Assembly: GCA_951406725.2 (NCBI GenBank)
Contig: OX597816.1
Coordinates: forward strand, 159,774,001-159,838,000
Direction of reading: 5' to 3'
Origin: Octopus vulgaris
Lineage: Eukaryota
DNA: 64,000 nucleotides
Positions 37,303 to 50,713 of the stretch are shown here, piece by piece. Each line of letters opens with the position of its first letter. Within the stretch, counting starts at the first letter, position 1. The notes under the pieces were generated by a model, which was not told the origin of the DNA, searched no databases, and saw nothing but the letters and a program-made list of their open reading frames with translations. A program made the position numbers and the translations under genes.

Positions 37303-37674
37303 CACACACACATACACACCCACGACCATGCTAATAGCTTAGGAGTGAAATTTAGGATTTCTCAGTTTTCTGTGAATCAATTTTGATAAAAATTTTCCCA
37401 GCTGGTTTGCACACCATGGCAACACCATTGTTATGTTTTCGTTATTTTGTGTAATGTCCTTGCTTTTTATTTTGAATTCTTCGGTTTTGGGATGAACCAT
37501 GCTAATAGCTTTTGAATGAAAATAGCCCATCTAGACATTTTTTTCTTTTTCAGAAAATAAAGTATAATGATATATATTAAGCATACATTGAGTATATATT
37601 TAACAGAAAACCATAATAATATTAAGCAATAATAAATCTTAGAGTGAGTTATAAACAGTAGCTGCAACACATCG

Positions 37675-37855
37675 TGACGTATATTTGCCATTTAAATATG
37701 GCTAACCTCTAAGGGTGGATGCTACTGTAGTTTGTAGCCTCAGGGCACAGAAAGTGTGTCTAAAGCCAACTGGAGGAGGTGTCCTCCTCGGGCTACAAAC
37801 TGCAGTAGCATCCACCCTTAGGGGTTAGCCATATTTAAATGGCAAATATACGTCA
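37675..37855. repeat. palindrome with 65-bp arms
   Basis: 37675-37739 is the reverse complement of 37791-37855 with 2 mismatches. Confidence 0.95.
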
Positions 37856-37904
37856 TAATAATATTATAACATTTATTTACATAATGAATTATTTAGCTAC
37901 ATGA

Positions 37905-38175
37905 GTGCCAAGGAAGAAAAGATCCAATTGTGGGACCTCCAAGACTGTGACAACTAGGGATTTAAGGAATATTGGACGCAAGTTATGTGGGAAACCTGGA
38001 CAAACAAACAAACCGATTTTCACTGCTTCCAGACTTCCTCATGTACCAAAAACCACCAGAAATCGCATTTTCAGGACCATGGCTTCTGTGCAAGAACCCC
38101 TGAAACTGCCTCTTCACAGGAATTTGAGGCTTTAATGGACCCAAAAGTACATGATGTTAGACATGAGTTGTGTTC
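37905..38175 (+). pseudogene. Tc1/mariner-like transposase N-terminal remnant
   Basis: RKKRS..TTRDLRNIGR..PGQT..V.KTTRNRI then RL*WTQKYMMLDM, resembling the Tc1 second HTH and the RLxWA..Y segment preceding the DDE domain. Confidence 0.55.
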
Positions 38176-39334
38176 AGGGTACTCATGTCTCTGGAGTGCT
38201 TAGTCCCTTGCACATTAATTTCAAGAGCAGGTTGATTGAGTTAACTGGAAGATTCGTCATAATTGACGGAGTACCTGGCAGACACCAATGGATCTGAAAT
38301 GATCACATTTTATTGTTAATCTGGACCCTAAGTGACCACTCTATTTCCATCTTGATCTGTTGTACCTCTCTTTCTGCTTATATTCATAAACATTATCTAG
38401 ACTATATTTAATCCAGCAACTCCACATCAATTGATCAGACTTGAGTAAACAAATTGATTAAAACCTATTTGTATTTGTTACAAACATTGCCATAGAAAGT
38501 CCTGATATTTAATCTTCAATGTGAAAGGCTAATAGGTACATAACATTATGTGCTATCTTCATTAGAAAATGAACTCTTAAATTCAACCAATGAAATTGTA
38601 GACATTATATGCCATGGGTATATAGATGTGTGATGGTAGTGTGCATGAATAATGGAGCATAAATGAGCTGAGAGAAAAGCTGTGTTTCTATTCAATTCAC
38701 TTGGAAGCAAACACATGGTTGTCACCACTCCTACTCTCTCTCTCTCTCTCTCCTATTACTCCTTTTATCACATTCTTACTCTCCCAGTACACTATCTTTT
38801 CTATAATCTTTCTCTAGTGTTCCTGTCAGCTTTCTGTTCATCTTCTCAGGCACATTGTTTGAACAAATGGAGACAACATAGAATGGTGAGAGGTACTTTT
38901 TTTGTCATGCAGGTTACAAAGCAACTTCCCTGGTACTGATGCTTCATCAAGATACACCCGGTACACCCTGTAAAGTGGTTGACACCCACAAAGCATCCAT
39001 CTATAGAAAGCACACCAAATTAATAACATACAAATGAGATGTGATCCTCGAACTGTCCCAAAAAGCAGTAATGAACTAATGTTTATATAAATATCATCAT
39101 CATCGCCATTTTGACATCTTTTCCATGCTTGCATGGGTTAGAGTATATTGAAGCAGAAGGACACTTTTCCTGTCACCAACCCTAACCCTTACCTGTCTCC
39201 GAGCAAGGTAATAATTTCCTATGGCCACACATGTTCTTGCAGAATATTGGAAATAAATGCCACTGCTTCTATGATACTGACAACCATTTTGCAACTATCA
39301 TACAATGACGAGTTTACACAATTGCACACCCTCC

Positions 39335-39461
<127 letters not shown>

Positions 39462-39524
39462 TATATATGAATATATATGTATATATTTATATATATATAT
39501 ATGTGTGTGTATATATATATAGTT

Positions 39525-39825
39525 TTTGCTAGAAAGTTACCCTCCCAGGCACAAGTCTGGGCAAGGTTGTTTATGGAAGATCAGCAGTGACCTGTGCATA
39601 CCAGCCTCCCCTCTCCACGCCACCAGTGTTATCCAAGGGAAAGGCAACCACAGATACAGCTTGGCACCTGTGATGTCGCAACTCATTTCTACAGCTGAGT
39701 GAACTGGAGCAATGTGAAATAAAGTGTCTTGCTCAAGAACGCAACATGCAGCCTGGTCCAGGATTCGAACTCACAACCTCATGATCGTAAGCTCAACGCT
39801 CTAACCACTGAGCCATGTACCTTCA
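39525..39825 (-). mobile_element. tRNA-derived SINE family 3 with clear Pol III A and B boxes
   Basis: On -: TGGCTCAGTGG (A box), GTTCGAATCC (B box), then TTCTTGAGCAAGACACTTT core; embedded in (TA)n. Confidence 0.8.
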
Positions 39826-39848
39826 CTCTCTCTCTCTATATATATATG

Positions 39849-39908
<60 letters not shown>

Positions 39909-40003
39909 CAACAATTGAGGGTAAAATTAATTAATTATTAATCAATTTCACCAAGTGTTCAGTGTGCAAAGGGACCATTTAAGGTGAATTCAAATTATTA
40001 CAT

Positions 40004-40316
40004 TATATAAAAGGGCTTAGTAAAATAAATATTTATACTGAACTCATTAGAAATAGCAGCTAAAAAACTTTTTAAAACTATTTCTAATACTTATCATATA
40101 GTGTTTGCTCAATTCAACTCACGAAAGTATGGGGGTAAAGACATCAAAAAATCAAATGTCTTTACCCCCATACTTTCGTGAGTTGAATTGAGCAAACACT
40201 ATATGAGAGAGGTTTTCTTTAAGTATTAGAAATAGTTTTAAAAAAGTTTTTTAGCTGCTATTTCTAATTAGTTCAGTATGCGGCAAAGTAATTTATTTTA
40301 CTAAGCCCTTTTATAT
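40004..40316. repeat. long foldback palindrome (~140-bp arms, perfect 51-bp inner stem)
   Basis: 40094-40144 is the exact reverse complement of 40156-40206; outer arms continue with two indels. Confidence 0.95.
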
Positions 40317-41524
40317 ATATATATATATATAAATATATATATAACTGGCATGTATAATAGAATCTCGGGCTCCTGTTGGACAAAGTTGACCATGCATCTG
40401 CATATGTGAGTGCAAGACTAGGTTGTTGTTTTTTCAGAAAGACTGGCATTTACTCTCATTCTGCTCTTCATACAACTGATGTTTACCCAAAGGAAAGATT
40501 GCTGGCTTAGGCTAATAAAGCTTGACACTAGAACCATCACAAGCTTTGGTGTCAGAGCACACCAGAGCTTGACACCATGAGTGATTTTGCTTGACCCTCT
40601 AACAGTTTTGCCAATCCACTGTCCTGGTCTGATATTTGTAAATTTGAATTCAAGAGTATAGAGTTAGAACAAATATCTCAAAGCTTACTATCTAATGCTC
40701 TTAGTTGTCAATTCCATTGATAGAACAACAACAACAATGACAGCTGCCACCACCATCTAATGTCCGTTTTCCATGCTGGTATGGCTTGGATGGTTTGACA
40801 GAAGCTGGTAAGGCCAGGGGCTGCACCAGGCTCCATTGTCTGTTTCATTATGTGTTTTTACAGCTGGATCCCCATCGTAACACCAAGCACTTTACAGAGT
40901 GTACTGGGTACTTCTTATGTGGTATCATCATCATTTAATATCTGTCTTCTGTGCTGGTATTGAATGGACAGTTCAAGATCTAAAAAGCTGGAGAACTATG
41001 TCAAGATCCAATGTCTGTTTTGGCATAGTTTCTATGGTTCAGCACCCTTCCTAATGTCATAGTGTACTGGGTTATGTTTGTCCATGGCACCAGCATTAGT
41101 GAGGTCACCAAGTAACTAGCAAAACAAAGAAAAGGCCTCCTCAATTGAGAGGGAGTGTAGCAGAGAGAAAGGGGGCTTTATGCCATTCATTCAATATCCA
41201 TTTTCCTGTGCTAACATGGCTTTGGTGGGAAGTGATTTCAAGGCCAGACTTTACAGCTGGATATTCTTCTTATTGACTGTTTTTTAGGTATGGGGTTTTT
41301 ATATCCTATGGGTCTTCAAAAGTACAGGGCAACTGATTGTAATGCCAACAGGGAGAATGAACCTCAGACCAACTTTGCTCAAATGGCAACAAGCAAAATA
41401 TGAACATTCATGTACATTGGCACACAAACACACACACACACACACACAGAGTTTCTGTCTACCAAATTAATTCCCAAGGCATGAGTTAGCCCAGGGCAAC
41501 AGCATATCTCCCAATGATTGAAGA

Positions 41525-41905
41525 GTGCTTTTAATGGGTCAGTTATGTGACACTGGCATTGGCCACGACTACGATCTCACTTGGCTTGATGGAAAATTCT
41601 CAACCACGGTATAACACTGAAGGTCTTGATCACTTGTCATTGTCTCTGTGGGGCCCAACATCTGAAGATTGTGCTTCACCACCTTGTCCCATGTCTTCCA
41701 AGGTCTACCTCTTCCACAGGTTCCCTTCACCTATAGAGTGTGACACTTCTTCACATAACTGTCCTATCCATATGCATCACATGATCATACCAGCACAGTC
41801 ATCTCTCTTGAACACCACATCTGATGCATCATTGGTCTCTGTTGCACATCACATCTGCTGTTTCTTATGTCCAACTTTTCTCTCAAGACACTTACACTTT
41901 GTCAT
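41525..41905 (-). mobile_element. RTE LINE C-terminal fragment
   Basis: On -: EGTCGRGRPWKTWDKVVKH, homologous to 55700-55760. Confidence 0.75.
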
Positions 41906-41924
41906 GCAGGCACACATCCAACAA

Positions 41925-42720
41925 TAAGCACTCTTATGCAGATGATGCTACCCTTCTTTTTTCATAATCATTCTTAGCTGTACAGCATCTATATGCAACC
42001 TATAGCCGTGCAGCAAACCAGCCCTCGTTCTTTGAACAATGATGTTGAAAGCAGCACATGCTAAACCTGCTCTGATTCCATAAACACAGACCTCAAAAGC
42101 ATCTTTTAGTGGATCCATGTTAATCTCGTCTCTTTTATCATCAGAAAAGTAGATGCATCACTCATATAAAAAAAAAGACATCCTTGTACCTTAATCCTTT
42201 TAAATATGAGCTGTACACAACTGAAGCACTTACAGATGTTAGGCCTCACTATCACTGAGAGACTCTCCTGGCAAAAAAGTGACATTAACATAGATAGGAA
42301 CACATCCCAAAGACTGTTCCTTTCTGTAGGGCCAGAAAATACTTTAGTCCCCAACAGTCTATGAAATTCAAGATCTGCAATGGAGTCTTACTTGCCCCAA
42401 CATCTGAAACAGTGGTGCTGCGAAGTACAGAGATCTTGGGCAAAATCCAGAGGAAGGCATAAAATCACCTGCACACACAAACACATTCCAGTCTCTTGGC
42501 CCACATGTGCTGTCTCCTCTCTCTCTGCCTTCTCTACTGCTATGACCCTTGCTTCTCAGAGCTGACTGCTTTCTTGCTGCATTCACTCAAGCACTTCCAA
42601 CTGACTTGTCTCTCCTCCAATCATCACCCATATTGTGGCCAACCCCACAAGCTATGCACTAACAAATCCTTTCTTTCCAGAATGCTGGCCCTCTGGAGCT
42701 ATGATTCTCAACCTTTTTAA
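41925..42720 (+). mobile_element. highly decayed CR1/L2-group LINE RT fragment
   Basis: HSYADDATL at about 41930; LQMLGLTITERLSW at about 42230; SFLSRMLALW at about 42670. Confidence 0.5.
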
Positions 42721-43895
42721 TATCCAAACCAAATCAAAAATCTGAATTTTGTTTAGGGGACTACACCACAAAACGTAAAACAGGTCAATTAAAGAAAAAT
42801 TTATTATATTTATAAAGTGACGACCATTGCGGTTGCTGGAAGGATGCTTGAAGGTTACATGTGGCTGTGGGAATCACGGTTGAGAAACTATTGCTCTAGA
42901 ATCTCCTCCTTGCTTATGACTTTTCTGGCTTTCAACAGTTCCAGTAAGACATTAACAGTATCATCTCACCAGTGTCAACAAATAAAAAAAAAAGCATAGT
43001 GTATTTGCATTATCCAGTTTCCAAGCCAATAAGATGTAATTTCAAACAGATTTGACTGCTATTTCTGATAGGTTGAGTGACTTCCTTGTTGGTTCATGGC
43101 TGGGTGTTATAGGAAGAGGCAGTGATGTCAGATTTAAGGATTTAGGAATTCACATAACTGGTGGCACATGATCCTCAAGAGCAAAGGTGGTAAGGAGCTC
43201 TCAAGAAGGGCTTCATAGAAGAAACCCTCCTCAGGCAAGTGTTTTGGTCCTTAACTTTTTACAGTCGAAGGAGGCTAGGTCACATCCAAGTCACGACTCC
43301 TAAGTGCTTTCTGTTGACACTTTTTAGCCATTTAGATTATCAGAGACTTGTGCATTTAAACTACCTGGAGATTTCATCCAGTTGTAACTCCTCTCCATTG
43401 ACTCAGCTTTCAAACTTATAGATCATTAGTTGTCATGGTAACAGTGAAACGTCAATGCTATCACAATGAATCCTCAAGTGCAATGCTTTACTTCACTGCT
43501 GATCCATCAAACATAAACAGCGTAAAAAACAGGCTTTAACCTTTTCCACTTGAGACTGCCCCTGGTCCTGAGAAACAAACTTATTGTTTAAATTAAAATC
43601 TTCCATCAAAATGTCACGTTAATTTATGTTCCAAATACCAGCTTACGAATGACAAAATTATTTTACTAAGTTCTTCTTTCTTTTCAAAATTATTTGAAAC
43701 AATGGCAGTGCATTTCAATAGAAACTCGGAAACAAAAAGATTACAGTGATGATACTCCGAGGATAATAAATCGACAGAATTATTTTTCCAGGTGCATATC
43801 GAAATTGGATCAACTGTACCAAGAGCTCATCATAACAGTAATATACTGTATTATTCTTCTCAACAAAAATTCATCATCATCATCATCATTTAATG

Positions 43896-44168
43896 CAGTG
43901 GTTCCCAAACTTTTGCAGGCTGCTGCCCCCTTGACACCTAGGCCACATTCCTAGCACCCCCACCCCCAACTAACCTTCAAAAACATAGACCTCTTTCTGA
44001 AGCAAATTCAAAGCAACTGTATTTCACAAATAAAACATAACCTAATGAACCCATTATTTTGTTGCTTTTACATGAATTGCCACTCCATCACCCCACTTTT
44101 CTTCAATGCCCCCTTGGAGCTTTCCACTGCCCCCAAGGGAGCAAAACTGCCCACTTTGGGAACCACTG
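43896..44168. mobile_element. hAT MITE inserted in an RTE tail
   Basis: TIRs CAGTGGTTCCCAAA / TTTGGGAACCACTG; TSD ATTTAATG/ATTCAACG; homologous to 56402-56739. Confidence 0.8.
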
Positions 44169-46810
44169 ATTCAACGTGTCTTCCATGCTGGCATGGGTTG
44201 GACGGTTTGACAGGAACTGAGCAGCTGCCCCGGGTTCCAGTGTGTTTTGGCACTCAGAGTGTACTGAGTGCCTTTTACATGGAACCTGCACAGATGCAGA
44301 TACCTAACTTCTGTTCTCTCTTTTACTTTCTACCAATGAGTTGTAATGCACCTGAGTACTGCATACCATAAACTCATAAAATAAACGACTTATGCAGCAT
44401 TGCAGTTTATAACAGTACAAAGCAACTGTACCTATATTGTGGAACCTATTTACAGCCAAATGGACGGAAGAAACAAACGTGTCATTACTATAGATACACA
44501 ACACTTTAAAAAGCAGGATATAACTATGACTCTACTTGTTCAACATAAAAAATTTTTTAAATCAACCATTTTTTTTTTTGCTTCATGAATTTATGCATAA
44601 CCAATTATAAAAATTTCCTTTAGCACTTCTGAGGAAACCAGATGCATTTCCTAGTTATTTTATAAAAGTATCATCATTGCAATGCAACTATTTCTTAGCA
44701 GTATGCATGCATAATGAAATGTGTGTGAGTGCAATATAAATCTTTTTAGTATCTAAAAAGATGCAATTACAAACCAGTTCTCATGACTCCAGGGGGAAAA
44801 GCTAAAATTGCTTTGAAATGGACTTTCCTCCCCCTAACTACACGCTGTTAACATCACTAACATCGTTTTCATCTTCATGCATTAAAGATATTTGTTTTCC
44901 ATTGACGTCACACACGTCGAATTAACTGAAGGCCATACTAGGAACCTTCCACTTCACCCATCCTTCTAACATACTCAAACTCAATCTGTCTGTTTGTCTC
45001 TCTCCCTCTCCGTCTCTCCTTCACACACACACACACACACATGTATACGCACAAACATACACACATATATACACATACATAGGTGTGTGGTGTGTGACTT
45101 GACCAGCAGGAAGGGGAATTAACTGTTTCACGAATAAATGTGTGTAACAAGAGTGCGATAAATGTATCACCCCTGCTATCTAGATGTATTAGTATTTATC
45201 TCTCCTTTTCACACACACACACAACATACACATCTGCAAACACTGGCATCACCTTCCCCTAGTGATACCTTCAACGTCTTTCTCTTTCCTTTTTATGCTC
45301 TCTTACTCATGTCTATAAATTCACGTCATTGCTTGCTTTGCCAAATTATTCTATCATATATGCCTATATTTTACTTCCTGTTTCGTATTTCAGCCTGACC
45401 GCTTCTTTTTGTTTATTCAGCCTATTAACTATTTCAGATTCAAGTAAAAATACATATATATATATTTCTGCAGCCTTTAGCTTTGCATTGCAATTTGTTA
45501 AAGTAATCAACTTTTGAGTGCATTACCAATTGATGAATTCCTGATGGATTGGGAGAAAAAAAAAACTACACACACACACACACTTATTGGGAGGAGTGTT
45601 GTTTGTGGAAGTAAACAGTATCATCAGTAGAAATAGTAGTAACTGTTATTACTGTTCTGTCTCTCGTTACTACTAAAACTGAATGACAGTCGCAAGACCT
45701 ATGCTACGAAATGACGGCTACTTTGCAAACTTCTGGCTGTTCCTCTTCTTCGTACACATGCATTCGAACTCAAAAATTGTTGTAGTTGTTAACTCCAAGT
45801 CAGCCCTAATCAAGTAGATCTTTGCTCAGACGTGTTCCAGCCATGACCACTTCGCATTGTTTTCAGGAACTGCGTGTCTTAGACTACATTATTCAACGAG
45901 TCTGCTCCCCCTTTTAAGACGATATTATGGGATATAAAGATTCGGTTGCTATTTCTAGCTTGCCGAAATCACATATACAGTTGTTATTCACTTCAGGTCC
46001 TCTGATTGAGTAGAGCCATGAAGAAAACATTTCAGTCATGACCATCCAATGTGCATTATGTAAAGTGTCCTTCCATTTGTTATGATGGCAGGATTTCATT
46101 TGAGAAAGATTTGGCAGCTGTTTTGTATCAGGTTCAGCGCCCTCGATTATTATTTTAAGTGGTGGTAGAAACGGTAGAGACTTGAAATGCTATGCGATAT
46201 TTAGTTCCGTCTTTTATCCGTGTGCTGAGTTCAAGTTCTTTTGATCAATTTTGCCTTTAATATCCCTGGAGGCCAATAAAATTATTAAGTGCCAATTGCT
46301 CCATACCTCTATCCTCTGTGCATCCGCCACCCATTCCTCAAAAAAATTCCTGGTATTCGCTTATGCGTGGATTTGTTTAAACCGCCTATACCACTTACAA
46401 ACCATTTTCAGATTTTTAAGATTTAAATTTTTTTTCTTAAACACTATTAAAACTTTGGTTAATGTTTACTTTAACACCTGGCCACCAAAACAAAAAAATG
46501 TATAAAAGGTGTATTAAACGAATATGAAAACAAAAATTTGCGCAAAGGAACGAGTGTGTGTGTATGGGAAATTACCAAGATCCAATTTTTTCCTTCATAA
46601 CTTTTAGGAAAATGGATATCTTTTAATGAAATTTTATTTTATGCCTTTCAAACCCCATAGATTACGATTGTAGAGAAATTTGTGGGGAAAATTTTCTTCC
46701 GAAGGGATGGGAAGAAGATTTTCGGAAAATTCCCACAATCCGATTTTTTCCCTCGTAACTTTTAGGAAAATGTATATCTTTTAATGAAATTTTATATAAA
46801 TAATAATTAT

Positions 46811-46987
46811 AATGCTCAACTGGTTAAGGTCAAACAACTGACAACCAAATCTGGTATTGTGCAGAATATGTACTGTAGCCCATCTTTTATACCAAGACAA
46901 AACAATGTAAATGATAAGACTACCAGTCAGTTAAGGCCAGGAGCCAAGAGAGCCACTGCCTGGTATTACATCGGGGCGTATATTATT

Positions 46988-47053
<66 letters not shown>

Positions 47054-47612
47054 GAGTGTGAGAGCAGTGCATGCCATCAAAGTGACACTTGGGTAAAATA
47101 TACAAAGCTCAGTATACCCATCATGACTACCCGTCTGATAAGGGTACACCAGGCACATGTATCAACCATATGTGCGCGACATAGTGATCTCATATCAAGA
47201 TTAACAGTGCATGACCTTGCAGGTGGGACCCAGTTAGAATTTTGTTCAGATCGAGTAGCCCATCCCACTCAAAAGGTCCCTGAATAAGGGTTGTTTAAGG
47301 ATGACGAACAAAACACCCATGTTTCCACAGGAGAATTACCCAAATCCCCAAAGAATTCCTCTCAACACATGGCTATGATGCTTGTGATCAGAGATGTACA
47401 TATTGTCAGCCATTAAGTGACATGCTCAACTGGTTAAGGTTAAACAACTAACAAGCAGATCTGTGGTATTGAGCAGAATATTTGCTGTAGCCTATCTTTT
47501 AAATCAAGACAAAACAATGTGCATGATAACACTTTCAATCAGTTAATATCAAAAGCCATGAGAGCCACTGTCTAGAACTGCATCGGGACATTTATTATTA
47601 TTATCATTATTA
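46811..47612. mobile_element. (ATT)n-flanked interspersed element, partial plus longer copy in tandem
   Basis: 46811-46980 repeats at 47422-47592; both are followed by (ATT)n; long (ATT)n at 46991-47053. Confidence 0.6.
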
Positions 47613-49329
47613 GCATGCTATCCAATATACATAGCAGCATTTCATAATTCTGCATGTTCTGAGTTCAAATTCTGCCGAGGTCAACTTTCATACTTTCAGG
47701 GTTGATAAATTAAGTAATGGGGTCAATGTAATTGACGAGTCCCCTCCCTGCAAATTTCATGTCTTGAGCCTTTAGTAGAAAGGATTTGGTAATATACTAT
47801 GCTTGAGAAGACCTGTCAAGGCAAGTTAGATTGTAGTCGTGGCTGGTGTTGTGTAACTGATAAAAAGCATCCACTACACTCTTGGAGTGGTTGGTGTTAG
47901 GAAGAAACCATGCCATATTAGATTGGAACCTGGTGCAGCTCCCCAGCTTACCAGTTTTCAGTCAAACCATCCAACCCATGCTAGCATGGAAAATGGACAT
48001 TAAATGATAATGAGGGTGATAATAATGAAGGTGGTGAGCTGGCAGAATTGTTACCTTGTTGGGCAAAATGCTTAGTGGTATCTCTCCCATCTCTATGCTC
48101 TGAGTTCAAATCCCACTGGGGTCAACTTTGCCTTGAATTCTTTCGGGGTCAATAAAATAAGTACCAGTTGAGCACTGGGAGTCAATCTAATCATCTTACT
48201 CCTCCCCTAAGATTACTGGCCTTGTGCCAAAATTTGAAACCATTATTATTATTGTCATTGAAGGCAGCATTTTTTCCAGTTTTTTTTGCTTTGTGTTCAA
48301 ATCTCACCAAAGCCAATTTTGCCTTTCAGGATTGATGCTGATTTTGGGCAAAAATGAAGAACAGTTCAACTGTGTCTTTCATCATTTTGTGCTTAATAAA
48401 ATAAGTACTAATTGAACACTAGGTCAATGACACTGACTAGCCACTTATTCAATAATTTCAGGCCTTGTGCTTATAGTACAAAGGAATTAATTTTTCTTCT
48501 TCCTTCAGTTTTGTATCCATTTCTTATCAAGTGTCTTCTTGACACCTAGGGCAAAGAAACTCACTGTATACATTGAGTGGCCATTAAATTATACGCACCA
48601 GATTGTTTATTTACAAAATAAAGTTATGTAGAGAAAAATATTTACACGGATGCTAATCCTTCTCACAGTGACAATGCTCTTCTCATTATATGTGATATAT
48701 CAAGGCAGTGAGCTGGCAGACTCGGGGGTCAATGAAATAAGTACCAGTTACACACTGGGGTCCATGTAATTGACTAGTCTCCTCCCCACATATTTGAGGC
48801 CTTGTGCCTCCAGTAGAAATGATAATGATGATGATGGTTGTTGTTATTGTTGTTGTTGCTGCTGTTGCTGTTGTTGTTGTTGTTGTTGTTGAAGGTGGTG
48901 AGCTGACAGAATTGTCAGCACAATTTCAACATTTTATGTTCTGAATTCAAATTCTGTTGAGGTTGATTTTGCATTCCATCTTATAAAAGTTGGCAAAACA
49001 AGTACCAGTTTAATACTGGGGTTGATGTAATTGACTTATGCCATCCCTCAAAATTTCAGGCCTTGAGCCTATAGTAAAAAAAGTTGTTATTGGGAGCAAC
49101 AAGATAATAGGATCGTTAGCACATCAGACAAAATGCATAGTGGCATTTCTTTTGCCCCTTCTCTTTCTGAGTTCAAATTCTACTGGGGTCTACTTTATCT
49201 CTCACTTTTACAGGGCCAATAAAATATAATACCAGTCAAATGCTGTGGTCAATGTAATCACCTCACCCCATCCTCCCTAAAAATGCTGGCCTGGTGCCAA
49301 AATTGGAAAGAATTATTATCACTATTCCA

Positions 49330-49491
49330 CTAGTGTAGCTAAGGGGGTGCAGTAGGGGTGGTCCACCCCGGGTGGCACTTTTAAAGGGGCAGCACTTTTC
49401 ATCCCATTGTAGGCAATATGTGTTTTTTGTGGGGTCTGGGGGCAGCAAGCAGAAGGGCCACCCTAGACGGCACACATTCTAGCTACACTAG
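49330..49491. mobile_element. small GC-rich MITE
   Basis: 12-bp TIR CTAGTGTAGCTA / TAGCTACACTAG; TSD not clear. Confidence 0.55.
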
Positions 49492-50142
49492 AGCATTATT
49501 CCCTTGTTTGTATTTTTTAGCTTGTACACATTTGGAGAAAGCATTTTTTTTTTTTATTGCCCACAAGGGGCTAAACATAGAGGGGAAAAACAAGGACAGA
49601 CAAAGGGATTAAGTCGATTGCATCGACCCCAGTGCGTAGCTGGTACTTTATTTATCGACCCCGAAAGGATGAAAGGTAAAGTTGACCTCGGCAGAATTCG
49701 AACTCAGAACGTAGCGGCAGACGAAATATCGCTAAGCATTTCGACCGTCGCGCTAACGTTTCTGCCAGCTCACCACCTTGGAAAAAGCATTTGTGTGTGT
49801 GTGTGTGTGTGTGTGAGACTATAAAATACATATCCGTTTGGGCATGAGATGTAGGGTGATGGAGGAAGAAGTACAGCAGTTATTAATGTACGTAACTTAA
49901 TGCACAGAAAGCACACAATTAATATAGAGAAAACTGAGAATTAAGGTGTCAATAAGTGTACTAAATATAAAATACAAGTAGATCGTCATGAAATGTCTTT
50001 TATTCTTGTCATTTCCCATCATCCCCAAAACAAAAGAGAGTTTTGTCCATTTCGCTTGGGCCATTAGTAGGCAATCCTATTGTTTACTTAATTTTCAATT
50101 TATGTTTGCAGACGTAACAACTACTGTGAGGCTTGTATATCA

Positions 50143-50710
<568 letters not shown>

Positions 50711-50713
50711 CCC

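Noticed and set aside
39750-39822. Functional tRNA gene on the - strand
   Set aside because: A and B boxes are present but the acceptor stem is poor and the sequence continues into a SINE body.
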